A stretch of 64,000 nucleotides of DNA from Tenericutes bacterium HGW-Tenericutes-2 (GTDB lineage: Bacteria > Bacillota_I > Bacilli_A > Acholeplasmatales > Acholeplasmataceae). Positions 10,434 through 20,861 of this stretch are shown here, in pieces. Location of the stretch: the NCBI GenBank assembly GCA_002839095.1, contig PGXL01000009.1, forward strand, positions 2,444 to 66,443. The letters are read 5' to 3'. Each line of letters begins with the position of its first letter. The first letter of the stretch is position 1. The notes beneath the pieces are model-generated. The model worked only from the letters and a program-made list of their open reading frames with translations, made no database searches and was not told the origin of the DNA. Made by a program: the position numbers and the translations under genes.

Positions 10434-10943
10434 ATGCTAGAAGTCTTATATCCAATAAGTATCGTTATATTTGCATTGACATTACTTTATCTTTTGTCGC
10501 GGATTAAATTAATACCGCAATCAAAGACAGGATTGATTCAAAGATATGGTATATATTATAAACCAATCTCACCTGGATTCCATTTTCTCGTTCCGTTTGT
10601 TGATAAAATGGTTGTATTTGATGTAGATAGAAAGCTAAACCTCAATCGTGAGATCGTCGAGATTAATGGGGAACCTAGAGCAACACTAAGTGTTCAAGTT
10701 GCATATAAGGTAATTGACGAAAAGGATTATCACGATAAAAATGTGGACCAATTCATGCGTAGTTTATTAATTGATATCACCAAGGAGTACATTAAGAATT
10801 ATGGTACCAGCGGAATATCACAGCAAAAGATTGCTCTTACTACAAGATATAAAGGAGCAATATTGAATCGGGTAGTCGAATGGGGAATTGATTTATCCGA
10901 AATAGATTTATTGATGGTCATGGAAATTCCATCTCATCAATAA
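10434..10943 (+). CDS. SPFH/band-7 (stomatin-like) domain membrane protein, short form
   Basis: N-terminal TM then SPFH-like core (GLIQRYG...FHFLVPFVDK...VDR); 169 aa. Confidence 0.55.
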   Translation: MLEVLYPISIVIFALTLLYLLSRIKLIPQSKTGLIQRYGIYYKPISPGFHFLVPFVDKMVVFDVDRKLNLNREIVEINGEPRATLSVQVAYKVIDEKDYHDKNVDQFMRSLLIDITKEYIKNYGTSGISQQKIALTTRYKGAILNRVVEWGIDLSEIDLLMVMEIPSHQ

Positions 10944-10966
10944 ATCTACCTCTTAAGGGGCAACAT

Positions 10967-11428
10967 ATGAAGTTTACAGATCTGTATCAAATGAATGTCA
11001 ATCTCTTTACAAGCCATATAGTCGTTGATTTGATAATAATTATTATCATCACGGCTATTTCTATATTTTTACTCTTCAAACTTGCAGAATATAAAAGCAT
11101 GAAAGAATTAAAGAGTGAAAAGAATTTGAATCATTTGATAAACTACGAGATAATCATTTTTATTATGTTAGTTATTGTTCATTTGATGTTTAGTTTTCTA
11201 CCTATGATGTCCTTTGGATTAAATCGCACAGTATCAACTATTGAACTCATTGTTTTACCTTTTAGTTATGGGATTTACTTAACATTTTTCATGAAAAAAG
11301 TCGATACTTTAGTAGAAAAAAAGTTTACGATTTTTCAGACACTGCATTTCAATAAGGCTTTTATATTGTTTTTGCATTTTTCCATTGTACCGCTATTAAT
11401 TACGACTGTATTGGTTATTATCAATTAA
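10967..11428 (+). CDS. Hypothetical integral membrane protein (4 TM)
   Basis: ORF with hydrophobic helices, downstream of SPFH gene, followed by terminator. Confidence 0.45.
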   Translation: MKFTDLYQMNVNLFTSHIVVDLIIIIIITAISIFLLFKLAEYKSMKELKSEKNLNHLINYEIIIFIMLVIVHLMFSFLPMMSFGLNRTVSTIELIVLPFSYGIYLTFFMKKVDTLVEKKFTIFQTLHFNKAFILFLHFSIVPLLITTVLVIIN

Positions 11429-11429
11429 A

Positions 11430-11452
11430 AAAGCGCACTTATCGCTTTTTTT
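11430..11452 (+). terminator. Rho-independent terminator
   Basis: aaagcg-cacttat-cgcttt + T-run. Confidence 0.7.
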
Positions 11453-11547
11453 AATAACAATGAGTTAAAATAAAAATGAAAGAATTAAGAAATATGTAAG
11501 ATATTTGATGTTATAATGAAAGAAATTAGAAAACACGAGGTAAATAG

Positions 11548-13563
11548 ATGGAATTCATCAAGGAAGCACTAGTTATTTTTAGCGATTTATTAAATAATGC
11601 TATTTTACTATTTGGCTTGGGTTTTATCTATGCTGCAACCAATTATGAAGAGCGCAAGCAAACCCAGATTAAGAAAATCCTTTTAGGTGCCTTAATTGGT
11701 GTTATCACTATAATGATCATGATGAATCCTTGGAAGCTTGCTGAAGGATTAATTTTTGATACGAGAAGTGTGCTGTTAGGTGTTACTGGACTCTTCTTTG
11801 GTGGAATTACAACAGTGGTTGCTGCACTTATAGCGCTAATATATAGAATAACGCTTGGTGGGGTTGGAGTCTATTCCGGTTCATTAACTATTATTTTGAC
11901 ATCAAGTATCGGTTTATCATGGCATATCATTAGAAAAAAATTGCCTCAGTTTAAACCATATATTGAGTATTTATTATTTGGATTCATCATCCATATTGTC
12001 ACTTTATTGTGCTTTTTTGCAATTCCTTGGCCAACATCGCTCAATGTTATTAAAAATACGGTTTTACCTTACCTAACCTTATTTCCTTTATTGACAATGT
12101 CTTTGGCACTAATTGTCCATAATCAAAGGGATCGAGCACTTAGTCAATTAAAAATCAAAAATCAACAGCTATTATTACAGGCTAGTATTGATGCTACTAA
12201 CGCTATGGAAGTATTTGCTTTAGATACCCAACTTTGTTACTTATCCTTTAATGAGTTCCATTATTTATCCATGAATAAGTATTATAATATTAAAATTGAA
12301 AAGGGCAAAAAATTCCTTGATTATATTGAACACCCTAAAATGCGTAAGCGAATTGAAGAGTGTTTACAAATAGCATTAACTGGGAAATTCCATTCAAGTG
12401 TATCATTTGTAGAAACATCAGGTGAGAAATATGTTGAGGAGCAATACTCTCCGATTTTTAATGATGAAGGAGAAGTGATAGGTGTTACAGTATTCTCACA
12501 AGATATTACAGATAGAAAGAAATACGAGCAATCTATATTATATCTTAGTTACAGAGACCCACTCACAAATCTCCACAATAGAAGATACTATTCCGAAGAA
12601 TTAAAACGACTCGATGATCCAAAATACTATCCACTTTCAATCATCACAGCTGATATCAACGGTTTAAAGATTATGAATGATGCCTTTGGTCATGATGCAG
12701 GAGATCAGCTACTATGTATTGTTTCAGATCAGCTAATCAAGGTATTCAAAAATGAAAGTAGAGTAGCACGTATTGGTGGAGATGAGTTTGTCTTGCTATT
12801 GCCAAATACAAGCAAGGAAAAAGCTTTAAATTTAATTGAAGAAGCGAAACAAGCAATTGAGAGTGCAAAGATTAATGAAATGAATATATCGGTTTCCTTT
12901 GGACTTTCGACAAAATATAGTGATGAAGATGTCGAAGACATTCTAAAACTAGCAGAAGATGACATGTATAGTAAAAAACTATTTGAAGTGTCATCACATA
13001 GAAATGAAACCATAAAAACTATCTTAAATACTTTACATGAAAAGAATCCAAGAGAAGAGAAGCATTCTGAGCGTGTTTCAAAAATATGCTTAAGAATGGG
13101 TACAGCATTAAAAATGAAGAGCGAAGATATTAAATTATTAGAGGCAATAAGCAATCTACATGACATCGGTAAAATTGCAATCGATGATGCAATCTTAAAT
13201 AAGCCAGGTAAACTTGACGATAAAGAATGGGAACAAATTAAAAAACATCCAGAAATTGGTTATAGAATACTCGCGACAACTCCGGAATACGCAGAGATAG
13301 CTCAAGATATATTATCTCATCATGAAAGATACGATGGTAGAGGATATCCGAGAGGTCTTAAAGGAGAAAGTATTCCATTAAGAGCCAGAATTATATCAAT
13401 TGCAGATTCCTACGATGCGATGATTTCAGAACGCCCTTATCGAAAACCTTTAACACATCAGGAAGCAATCGACGAAATTAAACGAAATTTAGGGACACAG
13501 TTTGATCCAAATTTGGGTACGTTATTTATTGATTTATTCAGTAATCAGGTAGAGACCATCTAG
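11548..13563 (+). CDS. Membrane sensor: 5TM (LytS-type) - PAS - GGDEF - HD-GYP protein (candidate bifunctional c-di-GMP cyclase/phosphodiesterase)
   Basis: 5 N-terminal TM helices; PAS-like region; intact GGDEF (RIGGDEFVLLL, GHDAGD); intact HD-GYP (HDIGK, HHERYDGRGYPRGL). Confidence 0.85.
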   Translation: MEFIKEALVIFSDLLNNAILLFGLGFIYAATNYEERKQTQIKKILLGALIGVITIMIMMNPWKLAEGLIFDTRSVLLGVTGLFFGGITTVVAALIALIYRITLGGVGVYSGSLTIILTSSIGLSWHIIRKKLPQFKPYIEYLLFGFIIHIVTLLCFFAIPWPTSLNVIKNTVLPYLTLFPLLTMSLALIVHNQRDRALSQLKIKNQQLLLQASIDATNAMEVFALDTQLCYLSFNEFHYLSMNKYYNIKIEKGKKFLDYIEHPKMRKRIEECLQIALTGKFHSSVSFVETSGEKYVEEQYSPIFNDEGEVIGVTVFSQDITDRKKYEQSILYLSYRDPLTNLHNRRYYSEELKRLDDPKYYPLSIITADINGLKIMNDAFGHDAGDQLLCIVSDQLIKVFKNESRVARIGGDEFVLLLPNTSKEKALNLIEEAKQAIESAKINEMNISVSFGLSTKYSDEDVEDILKLAEDDMYSKKLFEVSSHRNETIKTILNTLHEKNPREEKHSERVSKICLRMGTALKMKSEDIKLLEAISNLHDIGKIAIDDAILNKPGKLDDKEWEQIKKHPEIGYRILATTPEYAEIAQDILSHHERYDGRGYPRGLKGESIPLRARIISIADSYDAMISERPYRKPLTHQEAIDEIKRNLGTQFDPNLGTLFIDLFSNQVETI

Positions 13564-13579
13564 GTCTCTATCTTTTTTT
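13551..13579 (+). terminator. Rho-independent terminator (stop codon inside hairpin loop)
   Basis: agagacc-atcta-ggtctct then atc + T7. Confidence 0.75.
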
Positions 13580-13722
13580 GGAGCAAGGTGTTCGGTATAT
13601 CGGATTTAGTCCAAATATTGCTGAAGTATGTCCAATGAAATCGTTTACGGTGGCACTTTCTTTATGGAAATGAGATGAATATTCATGTATAATAGATATG
13701 GGAGTAATTTAGGAGGCATTTT

Positions 13723-15141
13723 ATGAAAAGAAAAACAAAAATTATATGTACTGTTGGTCCATCAATCGATAATGACGAAATGATTGGGAAAATGATAGAT
13801 GCTGGAATGAATGTTGCAAGACTTAATTTTTCTCATGCAGATCATGAAGAACACGGTAGAAGAGTTGAAATGATACGTAGAATTTCGAAAGAAAAAAAGC
13901 GTTTCGTTGGGATTTTAGCTGACACTAAAGGTCCAGAAATTAGAACTGGAAAATTTGAAAATGACATAGCAACCTTTAAAAAAGGTGATAAAGTAGAAGT
14001 TCATAAAGAACCAATACTAGGTAATAGAGAAAGATTCCATATCGACTGTAATGAGTTATACAATGATATCAAAGTTGGTGACTATTTACTAATTGATGAT
14101 GGAAAAATGCGACTAAACGTTTTAGATGTTACTAGTGACATTTTATATTGTGAAATCAATAACTCAGGATCTATTAAAACTAAAAAGGGTGTTAATGTTC
14201 CAAATGTTAAACTATCCATGCCATTTGTTTCTAAGAAAGACTATGAAGATATCGTCTTTGTTGCAGACCAAGGTGTTGATATGATCGCTCTATCTTTTGT
14301 TAGACGTAAAGAAGATGTCTTAGAGGTTAGAGAGATTTTAAAGAAGGTAGGCAAACCTAAGATTGAACTGATTGCTAAAATCGAGAACCAAGAAGGTGTT
14401 GATAACCTTCAATCAATTCTAGAAGTTAGTGATGGTGTGATGGTTGCTCGTGGAGATTTAGGTGTAGAAGTTTCTACAGCTTTAGTTCCTCTATATCAAA
14501 AGCGTATTATCAAAAAAGCAAATGAAATGGGTAAACCAGTTATCACTGCTACACATATGCTAGAATCAATGATGTATTCACCAAGACCTACAAGAGCAGA
14601 GGCTTCTGACGTAGCAAACGCTATTTTAGATGGATCTGATGCAATTATGCTATCCGGTGAGTCAGCAGCAGGAGAATACCCTGTAGAAGCGGTTTTAGTC
14701 ATGGATATGATTGCTAAGTCAATGGAAGACCATATTGATTATAAAGAGAAATTACAGCACGCTATCGCAACCTCAAATCAAACTGTAAATGATGCTATTG
14801 GTATCGCAGTGAGTCAAACGGCGCTTGCACTTCCTAAAGCAGAAGTTATTATTGCATTCACAGAAACTGGTGGTACAGCAAGACGTATTTGTAAGTTTAG
14901 ACCTTCAGTACCAATTATCGCAGTCACTGATAGTGTAGAAACATGCCAAAAACTGACTTATTATTGGGGAACTTTCTCAGCATTAAGAAGCAATGTTACT
15001 GATTATTCAGTTTATGACAAGGTAGCAATTGAAGTTGCTAAAGACTTTGGATTCACTTCAGGTACTACACTGATTATCACATCAGGTTGGGCTCAAAAAC
15101 ATGGGTCAACCAACACCTTAAGAATCATTGATATACCTTAA
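13723..15141 (+). CDS. pyk: Pyruvate kinase
   Basis: 472 aa; KIICTVGP, MVARGDLG, K+ and Mg2+ site residues; strong similarity to Pyk. Confidence 0.95.
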   Translation: MKRKTKIICTVGPSIDNDEMIGKMIDAGMNVARLNFSHADHEEHGRRVEMIRRISKEKKRFVGILADTKGPEIRTGKFENDIATFKKGDKVEVHKEPILGNRERFHIDCNELYNDIKVGDYLLIDDGKMRLNVLDVTSDILYCEINNSGSIKTKKGVNVPNVKLSMPFVSKKDYEDIVFVADQGVDMIALSFVRRKEDVLEVREILKKVGKPKIELIAKIENQEGVDNLQSILEVSDGVMVARGDLGVEVSTALVPLYQKRIIKKANEMGKPVITATHMLESMMYSPRPTRAEASDVANAILDGSDAIMLSGESAAGEYPVEAVLVMDMIAKSMEDHIDYKEKLQHAIATSNQTVNDAIGIAVSQTALALPKAEVIIAFTETGGTARRICKFRPSVPIIAVTDSVETCQKLTYYWGTFSALRSNVTDYSVYDKVAIEVAKDFGFTSGTTLIITSGWAQKHGSTNTLRIIDIP

Positions 15142-15148
15142 TAGACAC

Positions 15149-15175
15149 AATCCCGCTAACTGCGGGATTTTTTAT
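15149..15175 (+). terminator. Rho-independent terminator after pyk
   Basis: aatcccgc-taact-gcgggatt + T6. Confidence 0.85.
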
Positions 15176-15255
15176 TATTAGAACGCTGCTTTGTACCTTA
15201 AACAAGGTTGCTAATTAAGAGCTAAAAATGATATAATGTGATGGTCGAGGATATG

Positions 15256-16635
15256 ATGATGAAGCACTTAATAGGGACAAGAAATTTTTATAAAACATTA
15301 ATAGCTGTTGCAGCACCATTAGTGCTCCAACAGTTGATTACAACATCAGTACAGCTTGTAGATAATGTCATGGTTGGAAAACTTGGCGAACAAGCGATTG
15401 GGTCAGTTTCAGTTGTTAATCAACTGTACTTTGTTGTTATTTTAATTACATTCGGTGCCATGGGTGGTGCTGGTGTTTTTTCTGCACAATACTTCGGGTC
15501 CAAAGACTTTGATAAATTAAGACAAACATTTAGATTTAAGGTTATTATTGGATTTATGGTAGCTTTATTATCATTTATAATATTTACTTTTTTTGGTGAA
15601 GGACTAATCTCACTATTCACTTCAAATCCAACAACAATTCAAGGTGGACTTAACTACTTAAATATTGTTAAATGGAGTGCGTTTCCATGGATTATATCAG
15701 TTGCTATTTCCAATACATTTAGAGAAACTGGCGTTACAAAGCCATTGTTATATATATCAATTGTTGCGATAGTTGTAAATACTTTACTGAATTTTATTCT
15801 GATTTTTGGTTTATTTGGTTTTCCAGCACTTGGTATTGTCGGCGCTGCGATTGCTACTTTAATTGCTAGAGTCATTGAGTTCACCCTCATGTTAATTTTA
15901 TTAGAGAGAAAGGGACAAATTTTTAACTCGAAATTATTTGAAATTTTCAAAATAGATAAAAAAGTATTAGCAGCAATTGTCGTCATGGCAATCCCACTTA
16001 CATTAAATGAAGCGCTTTGGTCCTCTGGGCAAACTGTCTTTTTACATGCATATTCGACAAGAGGAGATAGTGCACTAGCCGCACTCAATATTACAGGTGC
16101 GATTTCGCAATTAGTATTTGTTACATTTGGGGGAATAGCAACAGCAGTGGCTGTAATGGTGGGAAATACTCTTGGTAAAGGTGATCTTCAGGAAGCTAAG
16201 GATAACTCTAAAAAACTAATTGCATTTTCAGTTTTTATTGCAGCCATAGCTGGAATTATTCTCTTCATATTGAGTTTCTTTATTCTAGATCTCTATGATG
16301 TTGCTGAATCAACAAAACAGACAGCAGCATTTAACATCCGAGTCAATGCACTCTTTATTCCTGTCTATTCATTCAATGTAGCCCTATATTTCACACTGAG
16401 AGCTGGTGGAGATACAAAGTCTACGATGATGATCGATTCAGGGTATATGTGGGTAGTTCCTGTTCCTATAGCATTAGCACTAGCATATTTTACAAATCTT
16501 CCTGTGACACTGATGTTTTTACTTGTTCAATCACTAGATATTCCTAAAATGGCTTTCGGACTTGCAAGATATCGAAAAGAACATTGGGTAAAAAATCTTG
16601 CTACAGAAAGTGAAATTGATGTTATAAAGGAATAA
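15256..16635 (+). CDS. MATE family efflux transporter
   Basis: 12 TM MatE architecture; -10 TATAAT at 15232-15237 and GAGGA SD place start at ATG 15256 or 15259 (ORF track start at 15238 is upstream of the SD). Confidence 0.75.
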   Translation: MMKHLIGTRNFYKTLIAVAAPLVLQQLITTSVQLVDNVMVGKLGEQAIGSVSVVNQLYFVVILITFGAMGGAGVFSAQYFGSKDFDKLRQTFRFKVIIGFMVALLSFIIFTFFGEGLISLFTSNPTTIQGGLNYLNIVKWSAFPWIISVAISNTFRETGVTKPLLYISIVAIVVNTLLNFILIFGLFGFPALGIVGAAIATLIARVIEFTLMLILLERKGQIFNSKLFEIFKIDKKVLAAIVVMAIPLTLNEALWSSGQTVFLHAYSTRGDSALAALNITGAISQLVFVTFGGIATAVAVMVGNTLGKGDLQEAKDNSKKLIAFSVFIAAIAGIILFILSFFILDLYDVAESTKQTAAFNIRVNALFIPVYSFNVALYFTLRAGGDTKSTMMIDSGYMWVVPVPIALALAYFTNLPVTLMFLLVQSLDIPKMAFGLARYRKEHWVKNLATESEIDVIKE

Positions 16636-16729
16636 CATTAACTTTATTTCTTAAGTTTCGCAAATAATAATCATCTATACATGTTTTCATGTATAATAAA
16701 CTTAACTTACACAAAAAGGTGGTGAAAGT

Positions 16730-18370
16730 TTGGAAGATCAAAAAAACAAACAATTTAGCAAACCCAAGTTCAAAGAAAGAGATGTATTGAACGCAACCAA
16801 TGCGACTACAAAAATCATCGTTTTCTATTTAATATTAGGTTTCTCCTGGATTTTATTATCAGATTTTGTTATTTCTAGAATATTTAATGATCCAGAAACT
16901 TTAAAATTAGTTCAAAGTGCAAAAGGTGTTTTTTATGTAGGATTTACTGCAATCATATTCTATTATATTATCCATAGAAAAATAGATATGTATGTCATGA
17001 CAATTTCTGACTTGAATAAAGCGTATATTGAACTTGACCAGGGACATCAAAAATCACTATCACTTGAAGGTAAATTATTTGATTTAGCATTCTATGATCC
17101 ATTGACAGGACTTCCAAATAAAACCCTACTTGAAGAAACTATAAATAATTACATTAAAAACAAAAAAGAAAACGGAATTATTGGTTTCGTTTATTTTGAT
17201 ATAGATGAGTTTAGAAATATTAATGAAGTCAAGGGACATTCAGTTGGCGATATGTTAATTCAACAGGTAGCAAAACTACTATCAGAAAAGGTTCATAAAC
17301 CAAATATGCTAGCAAGAATGGGCGGAGATGAGTTTGTCCTTGCATTATTTGATATCGAGGAACTTGAGAAATTTATGCCTACAGTTGAAGATATGTTCAA
17401 TCACATTAGAAAATCATTTATATTGGACGAGGACGATTTTTTCATCACATACAGTGCAGGTGTAGCGCTTTATCCAGATCATGGAACAGACTATATTACT
17501 TTACTCCGTCACTCAGATGCTGCGATGTCCATCGCGAAATCTAAGGGTAGAGACCAAATTGTTATCTTTGATGACGAAATGGTAACATTAATTAAGCAAC
17601 AGACAGAAATATTGAATCAGCTTAGACAAGCAATACACAATAACGAGTTTATGCTGCATTATCAACCAATCATTCGATTAAAAGATAATTCTATTGATGG
17701 TACAGAAGCTTTAATTCGTTGGGTCCATCCAGTCAAAGGATTTATCCCACCTTTAGAATTTATTTCATTATCCGAAAAAAATGGATTCATTAAAGACATT
17801 ACAGAATGGGTATTTAAAGAAGCTGCAGACCATTTCAAAGAGTGGGGTGCTAAAAATAAGAAATTCAAGGTCTCAATCAACCTATCAGCAGTCATGTTGA
17901 TGAATGATAAATTTATCACGAATCTAATTAAATGGATTGAAGAACATCAAATTGATTGCACTAAATTTAATCTTGAAATTACCGAAACAGCAATTATTAG
18001 CGATATTCAAAAAAGTGTTCATGTGTTAAATTCATTGAAGCGTCTTGGCTTTACCATTGCTCTTGATGACTTTGGTACAGGATATTCATCATTAACCTAC
18101 TTACAAAAGCTACCAATTGATACAATTAAAATTGATCGCAGCTTTATATCCAACATTAAAGAAGATACTGAAGAATTTTACGTATTGAAATACATGATAG
18201 ATTTAGCGCATCATTTAAAGTTAACCGTAGTTGCTGAGGGTATCGAAACACTTGAACAAGCAGAAATGGTTAAAAAATATAACGTAGATTTTGCTCAAGG
18301 ATATTATTATTGCAAGCCAATGCCTCAAGAGAGAGTTTTAGAATATATTAAAGCATATCATCAGAAATAA
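16730..18370 (+). CDS. Membrane GGDEF-EAL protein (c-di-GMP signalling)
   Basis: TTG start with AAAGGTGGTG SD; 2 TM; GGDEF (RMGGDEFVLAL); EAL domain motifs EALIRW, DDFGTGYSSL, EGIE, QGYYY. Confidence 0.85.
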   Translation: MEDQKNKQFSKPKFKERDVLNATNATTKIIVFYLILGFSWILLSDFVISRIFNDPETLKLVQSAKGVFYVGFTAIIFYYIIHRKIDMYVMTISDLNKAYIELDQGHQKSLSLEGKLFDLAFYDPLTGLPNKTLLEETINNYIKNKKENGIIGFVYFDIDEFRNINEVKGHSVGDMLIQQVAKLLSEKVHKPNMLARMGGDEFVLALFDIEELEKFMPTVEDMFNHIRKSFILDEDDFFITYSAGVALYPDHGTDYITLLRHSDAAMSIAKSKGRDQIVIFDDEMVTLIKQQTEILNQLRQAIHNNEFMLHYQPIIRLKDNSIDGTEALIRWVHPVKGFIPPLEFISLSEKNGFIKDITEWVFKEAADHFKEWGAKNKKFKVSINLSAVMLMNDKFITNLIKWIEEHQIDCTKFNLEITETAIISDIQKSVHVLNSLKRLGFTIALDDFGTGYSSLTYLQKLPIDTIKIDRSFISNIKEDTEEFYVLKYMIDLAHHLKLTVVAEGIETLEQAEMVKKYNVDFAQGYYYCKPMPQERVLEYIKAYHQK

Positions 18371-18385
18371 AGGAGGATATCCTCG

Positions 18386-19534
18386 ATGCTGGAACAAATT
18401 TTATCTTACGATTTAAGTTTGTTTTCTTTAATTTTGCTTATCGTCTTATTTGTAATTACAAAAATTAAAAAGGATGTCATCAGTTTTTCATCAACATTAT
18501 TTCACTGGATAATCATCGTGAATATGATTGGATTAATAGCTGAAGCAGCGTCCTGGATTTTTGATTTAAAGCCAGGATTTATCAACTATTTAATATCATA
18601 TTCAAGTAACTTTTTGGTCTTTTTAATGGCACCAATCATCGTCGGTTTATGGGCTTCATATTTAGATTACAAGCTCTTTTCAAACAGAAAACGAATTTAT
18701 AATAGATATTTCTACATGTTTCCCGCAATGATTACCTTTGTTATTTTACTTTTTAACTTCAAATTACCACTGTATTTTTCAATCGATCAACAAACCAATG
18801 TTTATACAAGTGGGAATTTATTACCTCTACAATATTTATTCGTATATTCAGTTTATTTATATATCATTATCTTAGTGATTCAAAATAGAAAACACAAGGA
18901 TACAAATACTATCAAGGGTATTATTCTATTTCTAGCATTTCCATTATTAGGTTCTACACTTCAACTGATTCAAAATAATCTTTTGTTTACCTGGTCATCA
19001 CTAGCTATTAGTTTAGTTGTGGTCTATATTTTTATGGAAACGACTTCAGGTAGCCTGGATTATTTGACAAAGCTTTACACTAGGAAAATACTCGAAATCT
19101 ATGTGAAATCTTTAATAGAGGATAAAAAGGATTTTTATGTCGTTATGATTGACTTTGACCGCTTCAAGGAGGTTAATGATTTATTTGGACATAGTATTGG
19201 TGATAGGGTACTAATAGAGTTTTCTAATATTATCATTGAGACAAGTAGCAACTATCAATTGTTTGCTTCAAGACTTGGTGGAGATGAATTTTTACTGGTT
19301 TTGCAAAATAATATAGAAGAAGTTCCAAAAAAGCTAATTGAAGAGTTGAAACAAAAAGTGAATTTACATCCTTACATGTCTAAATTTAAATTTCTATCAT
19401 TTTCAGCAGGGTATGTTCAATACGATCATAAGATGAATTTAGATGATTTATTAACAGCTGTTGACAAGAAAATGTATGAAAAAAAAATAAATCATAAGCT
19501 CATGCAAAAACAGATTCATGATTCCGATTATTAA
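18386..19534 (+). CDS. Membrane diguanylate cyclase (7-8 TM N-terminal sensor + GGDEF)
   Basis: AAAGGAGG SD; multi-TM N-term; GGDEF motif RLGGDEFLLVL. Confidence 0.8.
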   Translation: MLEQILSYDLSLFSLILLIVLFVITKIKKDVISFSSTLFHWIIIVNMIGLIAEAASWIFDLKPGFINYLISYSSNFLVFLMAPIIVGLWASYLDYKLFSNRKRIYNRYFYMFPAMITFVILLFNFKLPLYFSIDQQTNVYTSGNLLPLQYLFVYSVYLYIIILVIQNRKHKDTNTIKGIILFLAFPLLGSTLQLIQNNLLFTWSSLAISLVVVYIFMETTSGSLDYLTKLYTRKILEIYVKSLIEDKKDFYVVMIDFDRFKEVNDLFGHSIGDRVLIEFSNIIIETSSNYQLFASRLGGDEFLLVLQNNIEEVPKKLIEELKQKVNLHPYMSKFKFLSFSAGYVQYDHKMNLDDLLTAVDKKMYEKKINHKLMQKQIHDSDY

Positions 19535-19564
19535 AAAAAATTAATATAAAACAAGGAGAGAAAA

Positions 19565-20800
19565 ATGTCAAACAAAGTATTAATGAATAAGCTAGCTAAG
19601 CTTGCAGTATTAGTTGGTGCAAATGTGCAAAAAAATCAGGAAGTTGTAATTCGCACATCAACTGAAACCAAAGAATTAGCGAGAGAGATTGCTGAAGAAG
19701 CATATCTAGCTGGTGCTAGAAAAGTACACGTACAATGGAGTGACGATTATATATCAAAAAGCTCATTAAAACACATGACAGTTTCAGATTTAGAAACAGT
19801 TTCACCATGGCTTATTGATCAGTATAAGGAATATGTTGATGCAGGCGCATGCTTCATTTCTATCACTTCACCAATTCCAGGATTAAATGGAGATGTTGAT
19901 CCAATCAAGGCTCAAAAATCAGGAATTGCATTAAACAAAGCAGTAGGATTCTTTAGAGAGCATTTGATGGGTAATAAAGCACAATGGACAATCGTTGCTG
20001 CACCAAATGCAGTTTGGGCTAAACAAGTATTTCCTAACATGAGTGAAGATGATGCTGTTGAAGCTTTATGGAATGCTATTTTTGATGCATCAAGAGTTAC
20101 ACTCGATAACGATCCAATCAAAGAATGGGAACAGCATAATGCAATTTTACTCAAACACAACAAGGTCTTAAACAATTACAATTTTAAGCATCTTCATTTT
20201 AAAAACAAGCTAGGAACTGATCTCATTGTTGAACTAGTCAAGGATCACGTATGGGCTGGTGGTGGAGAACATGCTACCAATGGTGCATACTTTAATCCAA
20301 ACATTCCAACAGAAGAAACATTTACCATGCCTTATAAGTGGGGAACACGTGGTAAGGTTTATGCGACAAAGCCACTAAACTATCAAGGGAAATTAATTGA
20401 TGGATTCTGGTTAGAATTTAAGGATGGAAAAGTAGTTAATCATGATGCTAAAAAAGAAAAGAGTGCACTAGATAATTTACTCGATACAGATGAAGGATCA
20501 AGATATATCGGTGAAATCGCATTGATTAGCCATATTTCTCCAATATCCGATACCAACATTTTATTCTTAAATACATTATTTGATGAAAATGCTTCATGTC
20601 ATATGGCTCTAGGCCGTGCATACCCAATGAATGTTAAAAATGGTGTCAACACTCCAATTGCTGAACTTGAAAAAATCGGTTATAACAATTCATTAGTACA
20701 TTCTGATTTCATGTTTGGTAGTGACGATATGGAAATTACTGGACTTACCTATGATGGAAAAGAAGTTAAAGTGTTTGAAAAAGGAAATTTCGTTATTTAG
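19565..20800 (+). CDS. Aminopeptidase, M29 family (AmpS/PepS-like)
   Basis: 411 aa, M29 hallmark regions (MNKLAKLAV, EIALISH, MFGSDD); typical length. Confidence 0.85.
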   Translation: MSNKVLMNKLAKLAVLVGANVQKNQEVVIRTSTETKELAREIAEEAYLAGARKVHVQWSDDYISKSSLKHMTVSDLETVSPWLIDQYKEYVDAGACFISITSPIPGLNGDVDPIKAQKSGIALNKAVGFFREHLMGNKAQWTIVAAPNAVWAKQVFPNMSEDDAVEALWNAIFDASRVTLDNDPIKEWEQHNAILLKHNKVLNNYNFKHLHFKNKLGTDLIVELVKDHVWAGGGEHATNGAYFNPNIPTEETFTMPYKWGTRGKVYATKPLNYQGKLIDGFWLEFKDGKVVNHDAKKEKSALDNLLDTDEGSRYIGEIALISHISPISDTNILFLNTLFDENASCHMALGRAYPMNVKNGVNTPIAELEKIGYNNSLVHSDFMFGSDDMEITGLTYDGKEVKVFEKGNFVI

Positions 20801-20861
20801 AATGACATGAGAATGCCAATTTTTGGCATTTTTTCATATAAAAAACAAAGGATGGTTATTT

